64,000 nucleotides of DNA. Source: Dehalococcoidia bacterium. Lineage in GTDB: Bacteria; Chloroflexota; Dehalococcoidia; Lucifugimonadales; UBA3495. Below the pieces are notes generated by a model. The model was not told where the DNA came from. It searched no databases and saw only the letters and a program-made list of their open reading frames with translations. Made by a program: the position numbers and the translations under genes. This document shows positions 1-8,933 of this stretch, in pieces (within the stretch, counting starts at the first letter, position 1; each line of letters begins with the position of its first letter). The stretch lies in the NCBI GenBank assembly GCA_034420475.1, contig DAOULH010000025.1, forward strand, positions 65,593 through 129,592, given 5' to 3'.

Positions 1-57
1 GCTTGTCCAAGTCGATCATCATCGTACACCTCACGGAATCGAGGCTATGGCAGCACG

Positions 58-285
58 TCATCCTCGTATTCCTTCCGCCTCCCGCAGGTCGGGCGGGAGC
101 AGGTTGGGTATGCCGTCGCTGATGGGATAGACCTCGCCGCAGGCGGCACAGGTCAACGTCCCGGTGAGCACCTCTCCGGCGTCCGGCGCGTCGTCCGGCG
201 CGATGGTCTCCGCTTCGAGGGTTAGGGCACCCCTGCAGACGGGGCAGGCCAGTATGTCCAGCAGGTCGGTTCTCAATTCGTTCAC
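58..285 (-). CDS. Trm112 family zinc-ribbon protein
   Basis: 75-aa ORF with LDILACPVCRG near the N-terminus and CAACGEVYPISDGIPNLL near the C-terminus, the typical Trm112/YcaR layout. Confidence 0.8.
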   Translation of the reverse strand: MNELRTDLLDILACPVCRGALTLEAETIAPDDAPDAGEVLTGTLTCAACGEVYPISDGIPNLLPPDLREAEGIRG

Positions 286-296
286 CCCCGGTCAGG

Positions 297-758
297 TTAT
301 CCCGCCAGCCCTTTCTCGAATAACCAGGTGAGGATGTCGGCCAGACCAATGACCAGCACGCCGGCTATGGTCAGCGCCACCGGCCCGGTCATCGCGCCCC
401 CGATGCCGCCGGACGGCCGATCCCGGCGTCGCGGCTGCAACCAGGCCACGATGAAAGCGTACACCGCCAGCAGGATTTTGGCGACCAGGACCATCGTATA
501 GGCCATGCCGGCAGCGTCGGATGTCAAGCGATCCACCGTCAGGATCACGCCGGACACAATGAGCACGGCTATAGCGGTGACGACGATGGGCCGGAACTCG
601 GTAGCCAGTGCCCTTCCCACCAGTCCGCTTGCGTCGGCGGTGCGCAGCGCGGGGAGGCCGGCCAGCAGCATGAACAGGCTGCCGCCGATCCACACCACCG
701 CGGCCAGCGCGTGCGCCCAGCGGATGATGAGCAGGATGATGCCCAGCACATCGACCAT
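297..758 (-). CDS. polytopic membrane protein of unknown function (possibly CopD-like)
   Basis: 153-aa ORF with 4-5 hydrophobic helices; start overlaps the stop of the upstream TlpA gene (TGATG at 756-760). Confidence 0.6.
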   Translation of the reverse strand: MVDVLGIILLIIRWAHALAAVVWIGGSLFMLLAGLPALRTADASGLVGRALATEFRPIVVTAIAVLIVSGVILTVDRLTSDAAGMAYTMVLVAKILLAVYAFIVAWLQPRRRDRPSGGIGGAMTGPVALTIAGVLVIGLADILTWLFEKGLAG

Positions 759-1300
759 CAGAGCAGGTCGTCCAGTATTTCGGTCAGCGTGTCGACATCC
801 ATTCGGCTGATCTCGATCTTGTGTATCCGGCCGGCTTGGTCGATGAAGTAGGTGGTGGGAAAAAACTGCACCGCGTATTCCTGGGCCACCATCGCGCGGA
901 CGTCGGTGGCGAAGTCGAAGGTCAGGCCGAACTCATCGACGAACTGCCGAGCCTCGACCTCGGTGTCGAAGCCCTGGGGCACGAACAGCCCGATGAAGCG
1001 CACGTCGCGGCCCTGGTGCTCCTCCCAAACCTCTTGGAAGGCGGGCATCTCGTCGCGGCAGGGCGGGCAGGACGGGTACCAGAAGTTGATGACCACGGCC
1101 TTGCCTCGTTGTTCGGACAGGCGGAACTCCTCGCCTTTGAAGGTTTTCAGGGCGAAGTCCGCGGCCGGCTGGCCGGTGGAGCAGGCTGCCAGGGAGATCG
1201 AGAACGCGAGGACTACGATCATCCCGGGCAGAGCGGGTCGCGGAAGAGAAAGCAACCGGAATGGGCGGCCAGGGGCGCGCAGCATTGTCAACATGAACAT
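758..1300 (-). CDS. TlpA/ResA-family thiol-disulfide oxidoreductase lipoprotein
   Basis: Lipobox LAAC; thioredoxin-fold active site WYPSCPPCRDEMP. Confidence 0.85.
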   Translation of the reverse strand: MFMLTMLRAPGRPFRLLSLPRPALPGMIVVLAFSISLAACSTGQPAADFALKTFKGEEFRLSEQRGKAVVINFWYPSCPPCRDEMPAFQEVWEEHQGRDVRFIGLFVPQGFDTEVEARQFVDEFGLTFDFATDVRAMVAQEYAVQFFPTTYFIDQAGRIHKIEISRMDVDTLTEILDDLL

Positions 1301-1386
1301 ATTTTACCGGAGCGCGCTTCGCGGATGGCTCATGTCACAGCGCCATCTCGTGCCGAAGCCGGCCCGTGCCAGCCGTTCAAGCCCAT

Positions 1387-2547
1387 CTACCCTTTGCTCT
1401 GGCCCGCCGTCTCCCCGAACTGGCGTCCGAAGAGGGTGGTCAGCAGGGCGCTGACGACGGTTGCGCCGACGCACATGTAGCCGATACCCATGTACCCTAC
1501 GTTCGCCAACAGCGCCCCCGCTATGGCAGCGCCCAGCATTCCGCCACCCTGGTTGCTGAAACCCATGAGGCCCACGCCGGTGGCCTTGGACTCGCCGGAA
1601 TATTCGGTGCTGGCGGCGATGAGGATCGGGAAAGACACGCTCAGCAGGCCGGTGCTCAGCGTCGCCACGGCCACGGTTGCCCACAGCCCCATATCCACGG
1701 AAAACACCACGAACCCGAATGCCCCGCCGGCGACGCCGCAGGCGGCGATGATCAGCGCGCGGTACCTCCGGTTTGCCACGTAGGATGCGCTGTAGTTGCC
1801 GGTCATCTGCCCAAGCGAGGTTATCGCCAGCGGCAGGGCCACGAAGCCCACGCTGAGGTCGAAGGTATTTATCAGGTAGGCAGCGAAGAAACTGATGCTC
1901 CCCCAGAAGGCGATGCGTTGCGTAACGTTTACCGGCACTGCCACGCGGAAGAACCGCAGCGACACCAGCGACTTGTACCTGGAAAGGTACGCGAAGTTCC
2001 GGACTCGCTCTCCCCGCTCCCTGGGGAGCCACAGGAAGTTTGCCACCAGCGCGAACACCAGCACGCTGCCGTACACGATGAACGCCAGTTCCCATCCGCC
2101 CACGTCAGCTAATACGGCTACCAGTGGTACGCTGATGGCCGCGGCCAGACCCTGGATCGACAGCAGGGCGCTCACCGCCCGCGCCCGCCTGGCGGGGGAA
2201 ATGACGTCGGCTACCGACCCCACAATGTTGGGTGGTATCACGCCCCCGCCCAGACCGGTCAGGACTCGCAGCACCATCAGCATTTCCAGGTTCGGCGCGA
2301 ATGCGCAACCCAGCATTGATATAGAGAGCACCGCCAGGCACACCAGTGCCACCGGGCGGCGGCCGAACGAGTCGGACAGCGGACCGGCCGATACTCCGGT
2401 GACCGCCCAGGCCGCGAAGGTTGCGGTGGCCAACTGACCGGCCACGGCCACCGATATGTCCAGATCGGTCGCGATTTCCACCAGAAGCGGCGGGACAATC
2501 AGGATCGCGCTGATGGTGGCGAAGACGGTGAGCGCCAGCACGGCCAT
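1387..2547 (-). CDS. MFS transporter
   Basis: 386-aa ORF with ~12 predicted TM helices; DSFGRRP loop motif between TM2 and TM3. Confidence 0.85.
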   Translation of the reverse strand: MAVLALTVFATISAILIVPPLLVEIATDLDISVAVAGQLATATFAAWAVTGVSAGPLSDSFGRRPVALVCLAVLSISMLGCAFAPNLEMLMVLRVLTGLGGGVIPPNIVGSVADVISPARRARAVSALLSIQGLAAAISVPLVAVLADVGGWELAFIVYGSVLVFALVANFLWLPRERGERVRNFAYLSRYKSLVSLRFFRVAVPVNVTQRIAFWGSISFFAAYLINTFDLSVGFVALPLAITSLGQMTGNYSASYVANRRYRALIIAACGVAGGAFGFVVFSVDMGLWATVAVATLSTGLLSVSFPILIAASTEYSGESKATGVGLMGFSNQGGGMLGAAIAGALLANVGYMGIGYMCVGATVVSALLTTLFGRQFGETAGQSKG

Positions 2548-2843
2548 GAACCATGCTTTGTTTATCTCCCGTTGCTCGACCTGCGCCGTTTGCGTGCTGA
2601 TAGTGTTGGTCCCCTATTGGACAATCGCCTGAATTGCGGCGACGCGGCTAAGGCGGCTTGAAGAAATCGTGCGGAATATTGGGCGCTTGCACACTTGGCT
2701 GGCAAGAGCCCTTCCCGCTTGCCATTGATTCTCCGATAATGCTGGCAAGATAGTATAACCCTGCCTCCGCCTGGGTGCTCAGTGAGCTGGCATAAAGAGT
2801 ATGGATCCGGGCCCACCGTTGGACGGGTCGCATCCCGTCGCGC

Positions 2844-2871
2844 TTGACTGGCCGTTGCGCTGGGCTACAAT
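2844..2871 (+). promoter_or_regulatory. candidate sigma70-type promoter for the SDR gene
   Basis: TTGACT (2844-2849), 16-nt spacer, TACAAT (2866-2871), about 75 nt upstream of the ATG at 2948. Confidence 0.25.
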
Positions 2872-2947
2872 CGAGGCGATCCGTTTGAACTGAAACGCAC
2901 AGCCAAAGTCGACCGCCGAGAAGGCGGGAAATCTCGAGGTGTTTGTC

Positions 2948-3700
2948 ATGCGCTTGGAAAACAAGGTTGCCCTGATCAGCGGCGGCTCGCGGGGGCAGGG
3001 GGCCGCCGAGGCCAGGCTCTTTGCTGGTGAAGGCTGCAAGGTGGTCATCGCCGATGTTCTCGAAGACGAGGGCCGGCAGCTGGAGGCGGAAATCAACGAG
3101 ACCGGCGGCGAGTGCGTCTTCGTGAAACTCGACGTCACCAGCGAAGACGAATGGAACGCCGCCGTCAGCACCGCCGTGGAGCGCTTCGGCAAGCTGGACA
3201 TCCTGGTGAACAACGCCGGCATCTACCGGCAGGTGGGCATCGAGGACACCAGCGAAGAGCTGTGGGACAACATCTTCGACATCAACGCCAAGGGGGTGTT
3301 CCTGGGTACCAAGGCCGTCATACCCGAGATGCGCAAGGCCGGCGGCGGCTCCATCATCAATATCTCCAGCGTGGCCGGCCTGATCGGAAGCTGGCGGGCG
3401 CCGGCCTACGGCGCGACCAAGGGCGCGGTGCGGCTGTTCACCAAGTCCACCGCCATCCAGTACGCTGCTGAGGGCATCCGCTGCAACTCGGTGCACCCGG
3501 GCATCATCGAGACGCCCATGACCACGCCCACGCTGCTGCGCGACGACGCGGCGCGGCAGGCGTCGCTGGACCGGACGCCCATCGGTCGGGTCGGGCAGGC
3601 CGAGGACGTGGCCTGGGGCGTCCTGTTCCTGGCGTCGGACGAATCATCGTTCATGACCGGCAGCGAGTTGGTGATCGACGGTGGCCTGTTCGCGCAGTAG
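2948..3700 (+). CDS. SDR family oxidoreductase (paralog 1)
   Basis: ISGGSRGQG cofactor motif, NNAG, S...YxxxK (YGATK). ATG at 2948 is preceded by GAGGTG; the ORF-track start at 2939 is GTG. Confidence 0.9.
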   Translation: MRLENKVALISGGSRGQGAAEARLFAGEGCKVVIADVLEDEGRQLEAEINETGGECVFVKLDVTSEDEWNAAVSTAVERFGKLDILVNNAGIYRQVGIEDTSEELWDNIFDINAKGVFLGTKAVIPEMRKAGGGSIINISSVAGLIGSWRAPAYGATKGAVRLFTKSTAIQYAAEGIRCNSVHPGIIETPMTTPTLLRDDAARQASLDRTPIGRVGQAEDVAWGVLFLASDESSFMTGSELVIDGGLFAQ

Positions 3701-3753
3701 CCCGTGGAACCGGATCCCACACGGCCCATGCGCCCGCGATGGAGTAGCGCCTC

Positions 3754-4545
3754 ATGGTCAACAAGTTATCAAGGCAGGTCGGCGCGCACCGCAATGAGAA
3801 TGAGGAGGTGGACGACCTATCCATCGATTATCCTTCCGCAGACGGTGAGCGCATGGCCGAAACCGACTTTCAGTACATCCCTTTGACCAACACCGTCTCC
3901 GCCCTCCGGGTTCGCTATCATGATCGGCCCGACGTGTACGTCGCCGGCGATATGCTGATCTATTACCGCATCAACCGCAATGACCTGAGCATCGCTCCGG
4001 ACGTTTATGCGGTTTTTGGCGCGTCCGGCAACCATCCTCGCGATTCCTGGCTGGTGTGGCGCGAGGGCAAGGCTCCGGATTTTGTGATGGAAATTGCGTC
4101 GCAAAGCACCTGGCGGCGGGACGTTGCCCAAAAGCGAGACATCTACGCCGGGATGGGCGTATCCGAATACTGGCGCTTTGACCCCACGGGCCGATTCTTT
4201 ACGCCGCCCCTGGTGGGCGAGCGTCTGGTGGATGGCGAGTATCGGCAACTGCCGGTCGCTGCGGATGAGGCCGGCATACTGCGGGGCTACAGCGCAATCT
4301 TCGAGTTGGACATCTGTGTGCTGCCCGGTCTGGACCTGCGGCTCTTTGACCCGGCGACGGGTGAATGGCTAACTACCCACCTGGAAAGCGAAGCTGGCCG
4401 GCGGGCGGCGGAAGCAGCCCTGCAATCCAGCGAGGCCGGCCGTCAGGCGGCGGAGGCGGCCTTGCAATCCAGCGAGGCCAGGCGTCTTGCCGCCGAAGCC
4501 GAAATCGCCCGGCTCCGCGAACAACTGTCACAACAGCAACCATAG
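3754..4545 (+). CDS. Uma2 (DUF820) family endonuclease with C-terminal coiled-coil repeats
   Basis: Uma2-like core (DMLIYY..., PDVYAVFG, PDFVMEIAS, Y...GV.EYWRFDP); C-terminal 14-aa repeats. Confidence 0.8.
   Translation: MVNKLSRQVGAHRNENEEVDDLSIDYPSADGERMAETDFQYIPLTNTVSALRVRYHDRPDVYVAGDMLIYYRINRNDLSIAPDVYAVFGASGNHPRDSWLVWREGKAPDFVMEIASQSTWRRDVAQKRDIYAGMGVSEYWRFDPTGRFFTPPLVGERLVDGEYRQLPVAADEAGILRGYSAIFELDICVLPGLDLRLFDPATGEWLTTHLESEAGRRAAEAALQSSEAGRQAAEAALQSSEARRLAAEAEIARLREQLSQQQP
4390..4515 (+). repeat. 42-nt in-frame tandem repeat (about 3 units) inside the Uma2 gene
   Basis: Units encode EAGRRAAEAALQSS / EAGRQAAEAALQSS / EARRLAAEAEIARL. Confidence 0.8.
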
Positions 4546-4549
4546 CGGC

Positions 4550-5137
4550 TTGGCGCTGATCTCGGCTAACCGACTGGCGCTGGTCGCAGGACTGGCCGCG
4601 GCGCTGCTGGCGTTACTGGCCGGAGCGGAACCGGCCCACGCCTGTTCCTGCGCTCGCTCCGGCTCGCCGGCCGAGGCTCTGGAGCGTGCCGATGCGGTGT
4701 TTGCCGGAGAAGTGACTTCGGTGAAATTCAGCGGCACTTCCCCGTATCGGCTCTCGTTGGCGGCGCTGGTGACGGTGGAGTTCCGGGTTACCCGGGTTTG
4801 GAAGGGGCCGCGCTGGCCCACCTTGACCGTCGAAACCGAGCGCAGCGAAATTTCCTGCGGCTACGAGTTCAAAGAAGGACAGAACTACATCGTCTATACT
4901 TGGAAAGGCAACAGAACGGGGCTGTGCACCCGCACCGCCCCGGCCTGGATGGCCTTTGCGGATTTCGTGGCGCTGGGGCCGGGACATCCGCCGGAAGCCT
5001 CTCCCGATGCCAAAACGGCTGAAGGAGGCGCCTGCGCAGCGCCGTCAAGCCGGGGCTCGAAACCGATGGACATCGCCAGCCTGTCCCTGCTGGCCGGCGT
5101 TATCGCCTTGGGCATCCGCCGCCGGCCTCGCCTATAA
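4550..5137 (+). CDS. secreted TIMP/NTR-like protein with C-terminal Cys-TM-Arg tail
   Basis: Probable TTG start at 4550 gives the signal peptide LALISANRLALVAGLAAALLALLAGAEPAHA. Predicted mature N-terminus is CSCARSGSPAEALERADAVFAGEV. The tail is GGACAAP...LSLLAGVIALGIRRRPRL. The ORF-track start at 4487 overlaps the Uma2 gene and is unlikely. Confidence 0.65.
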   Translation: MALISANRLALVAGLAAALLALLAGAEPAHACSCARSGSPAEALERADAVFAGEVTSVKFSGTSPYRLSLAALVTVEFRVTRVWKGPRWPTLTVETERSEISCGYEFKEGQNYIVYTWKGNRTGLCTRTAPAWMAFADFVALGPGHPPEASPDAKTAEGGACAAPSSRGSKPMDIASLSLLAGVIALGIRRRPRL

Positions 5138-5208
5138 TGAAGATGCGAAACGGTCGTCGTCGGCAGACCGTTAACTTGGCGCCTCCGTAGACATTTGGAG
5201 CTAATCCC

Positions 5209-5931
5209 ATGGTCAGCAAAACCACAAAGGTCCAGGTTCCTTACGAGGATGAGGCTGATGATCTCACCATCGACTACCCATCCTCGGACGGTGAACCCAT
5301 GGCCGAATCCGAAGCGCAGTACGCGCCCCTGACTGAAACGGTGTCCACGCTCCGCGTCCGATACCACGAACGCAACGACGTTTACGTCGGCGGCGACCTG
5401 CTGATCTACTATCAGATGAACCGCAACGACGTCAGAGTCGCGCCCGATGTCTTCGTCGTCTTTGGCGTCACCAGCCGCCACCCACGGGACTCCTGGCTGG
5501 TCTGGCGCGAGGGCCGGGTCCCGGATTTCGTTATGGAAATCGCATCCTCCAGGACTTGGCGGCGGGACGCCACCGAGAAGCGCCGCATCTACGCCGACAT
5601 GGGCGTTACCGAGTACGTGCGCTTCGACCCGACCGGAAACTACTTTACGCCGGCTCTCGTCATGGAAACGCTGGAAGGCACAGAATATCGGGAGCGGCCG
5701 CTCACCACGGACGACGCGGGAATCCTGCGCGGATACAGCGCGGGGCTGGAGCTGGAGATCTGCGTAACGCCAGACTTGAAGCTGCGGCTGTATGATCCAG
5801 CAGCCGGAGAATGGCTGCGGACGCATCAGGAAACCGAGGACGCCCGCCGAGAAAGCGAAGCTGCCCACCGGGCCGCCGAAGCCGAAATCGCTCGGCTCCG
5901 CGAACAACTGGAACAACTGCGACAGCAATAA
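5209..5931 (+). CDS. Uma2 (DUF820) family endonuclease (paralog 2)
   Basis: Collinear with 3754..4545 (DLLIYY, PDVFVVFG, PDFVMEIAS, GVTEYVRFDP, AEAEIARLREQLEQL). Confidence 0.8.
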   Translation: MVSKTTKVQVPYEDEADDLTIDYPSSDGEPMAESEAQYAPLTETVSTLRVRYHERNDVYVGGDLLIYYQMNRNDVRVAPDVFVVFGVTSRHPRDSWLVWREGRVPDFVMEIASSRTWRRDATEKRRIYADMGVTEYVRFDPTGNYFTPALVMETLEGTEYRERPLTTDDAGILRGYSAGLELEICVTPDLKLRLYDPAAGEWLRTHQETEDARRESEAAHRAAEAEIARLREQLEQLRQQ

Positions 5932-5950
5932 TCACAGCGAGGCATTGAAA

Positions 5951-6697
5951 ATGAGACTGGAAAACAAGGTGGCTTTCATCAGCGGCGGCGCTCGGGGCAT
6001 GGGCGCCACCGAGGCGCGAATGTTCTCCCGCGAGGGCTGCAAGGTGGTCATCGGCGACCTAAGGGACGAACTGGGGCGGCAGGTTGAAGCCGAAATCAAT
6101 GAGCTGGGCGGCGAGTGTCTGTTCGTCCACCTGGACGTGACCGACGAACAGTCCTGGAAGGACGCCATCGGGGCCGCGGTGGAGCGGTTCGGCAAGCTGG
6201 ACATCCTGGTGAACAACGCCGGTGTGTATATGCCGGAGCGAGTTGAGGACACCACGCTGGAGAACTGGGACGTCACGATGAGCGTCAACGCCAAGGGCGT
6301 TTTCCTGGGCACCAAGGCCGCCATCCCCGAAATGCGGCGCAACGGCGGCGGTTCCATCGTGAACATCTCCAGCGTAGCCGGACTGGTGGGCAACCACATC
6401 TCCTCCGCTTACACCGCATCCAAGGGCGCGGTGCGGCTGTTCACCAAGTCCACGGCCATTCAGCACGCCGGCGACGGCATACGCTGCAACAGCGTGCATC
6501 CCGGCACCATCGAGACCGACATGACTGCCGACCTGCTGGCGGCCGGCGGCCGGGAGGACCGGCTGAACCGGACCCCGCTGGGTCGCCTGGGCCAGGCGGA
6601 GGACATCGCCTACGGCGTGCTGTTCCTGGCGTCGGACGAGGCGTCGTTCATGACCGGGAGCGAACTGGTAATTGATGGCGGGCGGACCGCCATGTAG
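5951..6697 (+). CDS. SDR family oxidoreductase (paralog 2)
   Basis: MRLENKVAFISGGARGMG start at ATG 5951. The ORF-track N-terminal extension is an alternate-frame read of the Uma2 3' end. ERFGKLDILVNNAG is identical to paralog 1. Confidence 0.9.
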   Translation: MRLENKVAFISGGARGMGATEARMFSREGCKVVIGDLRDELGRQVEAEINELGGECLFVHLDVTDEQSWKDAIGAAVERFGKLDILVNNAGVYMPERVEDTTLENWDVTMSVNAKGVFLGTKAAIPEMRRNGGGSIVNISSVAGLVGNHISSAYTASKGAVRLFTKSTAIQHAGDGIRCNSVHPGTIETDMTADLLAAGGREDRLNRTPLGRLGQAEDIAYGVLFLASDEASFMTGSELVIDGGRTAM

Positions 6698-6797
6698 GGC
6701 CATCCGTCAGAAGCGGGATTAGCCGGATTTTGCGGTTGGCAGGATTAGAGCCGTCCGGCAGTAGAGAACACTTAATCCTGTCAATTCGTTGAATCCG

Positions 6798-6935
6798 CTC
6801 ACGCTTACCCGGTTTGTGATCGCGAGGAGCGCAGCGGCTTGGCGATCTCGTTACTGAAAGGGACCCTGTTGCAATCACGAGATTGCCGCGCTTCGCTCGC
6901 AATGACAACTCGAGCGAAACTGGGTACGCATGGGG
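6798..6935. repeat. palindromic intergenic repeat, subfamily 1, copy A (core 6816..6906)
   Basis: GTGATCGCGAGGAGCGCAGCGGCTTGGCGATCTCGTT ... CGAGATTGCCGCGCTTCGCTCGCAATGAC with inverted outer boxes CTCACGCTTACCCGGTTTGT / AAACTGGGTACGCATGGGG. Confidence 0.85.
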
Positions 6936-6983
6936 TCGAATCCGGTGAATCCTGCCTCTGACCATACCGGCGCACAGTAATCC

Positions 6984-7853
6984 ATGGGGATATTTTCCGG
7001 CGGGTTTTCCCTGCTGCAATGCCGGCTGCCCGACGCCAATCCATACGTGCGTCTCCAGCATGCGGTGTTTCACGTGCTGGAGGCGGACAGCGGCGGCGCG
7101 GCCAGGGTGGTCGACTTCACAATTTTCGGGCTGGTGCTGTTCAGCGCGGTGAACCTCGCCATCGGCAACAGCAGGCTGGAATTCTTTTTCGTCAGCGTGT
7201 TTGCCGCTGAATACCTCATCAGGTTGTGGTGCATCGTCTGGCACCGCAACTACCGGCAAGGAGGATGGAAGAGCCGGCTGCGGTACGCTACCACCAACGC
7301 CGCGGCGATAATCGATTTCATCGCCATCTGGCCGACGCTGGTGGTGATGATCGTCTTCGGCGAGGTCGAGGTGCTGCCGATCTTTCGGCTCGTGTCTCGC
7401 TTGATCATGACCGGGCGGCGCTTCCCGGCCATGCGCCTGATGGGGCGGGTGATGATGCGGTCGGCGTCGCAGTTGATCAGCGTGCTGGTGACGCTGAGCG
7501 TGTTCTGGCTGGCGGCGGGCTACCTGATGCACTCGGCGGAGACCAACCTGCCCAATGGGAACCACGAACAGTTCGGGTCCATCGGGGACTCGCTGTGGGC
7601 CTCGGTGGTGATCCTGACCACGCTGCCGTCCCTGGAGGTAGTGCCGGGCACGTTGGTCGGGAGGGTTATCGCCGGCTTCATCGCCCTGCTGGGCATCGGC
7701 CTGTTTGCGCTGCCAGCCGGCATCCTCACCTCCAACTTCATGGAGGCCTACCAACAGGCGCGGGAAAACGCGGGCAAAGTAGAGCTGAGCACGTGCTGGG
7801 TGCTGAGCGCGGCCCAGCGGAGGCAAACGCACTGGCCGCCGGCCCTGGGCTAA
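6984..7853 (+). CDS. six-TM voltage-gated-type ion channel with non-canonical pore filter
   Basis: S4-like FRLVSRLIMTGRRFPAMRLMGRVMMR. The pore helix plus filter reads SIGDSLWASVVILTTLPSLEVVPGT where K+ channels have TTVGYGD. Confidence 0.75.
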   Translation: MGIFSGGFSLLQCRLPDANPYVRLQHAVFHVLEADSGGAARVVDFTIFGLVLFSAVNLAIGNSRLEFFFVSVFAAEYLIRLWCIVWHRNYRQGGWKSRLRYATTNAAAIIDFIAIWPTLVVMIVFGEVEVLPIFRLVSRLIMTGRRFPAMRLMGRVMMRSASQLISVLVTLSVFWLAAGYLMHSAETNLPNGNHEQFGSIGDSLWASVVILTTLPSLEVVPGTLVGRVIAGFIALLGIGLFALPAGILTSNFMEAYQQARENAGKVELSTCWVLSAAQRRQTHWPPALG

Positions 7854-7907
7854 ACCTCCAGGAAACAGCGGTCAATCAGAGCGGCCCATAATCCGGCCGG
7901 CGGGCGA

Positions 7908-8828
7908 TCAGCGCAGTTCCCGGGGCAACGTGAAGGTGATGTCCTCTTCGGCACCCTCCAGCAGGGTGACCTTCTCGGGGGCCAGCGCTTCGATCACCGC
8001 TTCCACCAGGACTTCGGGCGTGGAGGCGCCGGAGGTAATTCCGGCCCGCCGGCATCCCAGCAACCAGTCAGGGTTGATTTCGTCCGGGCCGTTGATCAGG
8101 TAGGCCGGCGTGCCGTTGGCCTCGGCAACCTCCCGCAAGCGGTTGCAGTTTGACGAATTCTGCGCGCCGATCACCAGCACCACGTCAACCAGCCCCGCCA
8201 TTTGCGTGACCGCGTCCTGGCGGTTGGTGGTCGCGTAGCAGATGTCGTTCCGCACCACCGCGCCGGGGAACCGCTCCTGGATGGCGCCGATGGCGTTGGC
8301 GGTATCGCCTACGGACAACGTGGTCTGGGTGATGACTGCTACCTCGGTGTCCTCCGACCAGTCCATCTCGGCGCTGACTTCCTGCTCGGACAGGGGCGAG
8401 GAATCGTTGATGAGCGTCATGGGAGCCTGCCCCATGGTCCCGCGGACCTCCTGGTGGCCCTGGTGCCCCACCAGCAGCACTCTCTTGCCTTCGCGGTGGT
8501 ACTTCTTGGCCTCGTTATGCACCCGGGTCACCAGCGGACACACCGCGTCGATGACCCGGAGGTTGCGTTCGGCCGCTTTTTCAAAATCCTCCGGCGGCGA
8601 GCCGTGGGCTGAGAATACCACCAGGGAGCCGTCGGGAACCTCGTCAACCTCTTCCACCGTGATGGCCCCTTTCTGCTCCAGCTCAGCCACGACGTAGGGG
8701 TTGTGCACGATCTGATGCTTGACGTAAACGGGAGGGCCGAACCGCTCCAGGCATTCCTCCACGACGTCGATGGCCCGCACCACGCCGGCGCAGAACCCTC
8801 TGGGGGAACTCAATATCACTTCAACCAT
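7908..8828 (-). CDS. ispH: 4-hydroxy-3-methylbut-2-enyl diphosphate reductase
   Basis: MVEVILSSPRGFCAGVVRAIDVVE...; internal ATG at 8828 is preceded by GAGGA. The 20-aa ORF-track N-terminal extension is not IspH-like. Confidence 0.9.
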   Translation of the reverse strand: MVEVILSSPRGFCAGVVRAIDVVEECLERFGPPVYVKHQIVHNPYVVAELEQKGAITVEEVDEVPDGSLVVFSAHGSPPEDFEKAAERNLRVIDAVCPLVTRVHNEAKKYHREGKRVLLVGHQGHQEVRGTMGQAPMTLINDSSPLSEQEVSAEMDWSEDTEVAVITQTTLSVGDTANAIGAIQERFPGAVVRNDICYATTNRQDAVTQMAGLVDVVLVIGAQNSSNCNRLREVAEANGTPAYLINGPDEINPDWLLGCRRAGITSGASTPEVLVEAVIEALAPEKVTLLEGAEEDITFTLPRELR

Positions 8829-8933
8829 CTTGTAGTCCTCTCGCAGTGCACCTTCGCCCCTGCGGCCCACGATCCCTCGAATGCTCATTCAGTATTTCCT
8901 GCTTATCTTTGCTCGTGCGTGTCAATATCGTCT

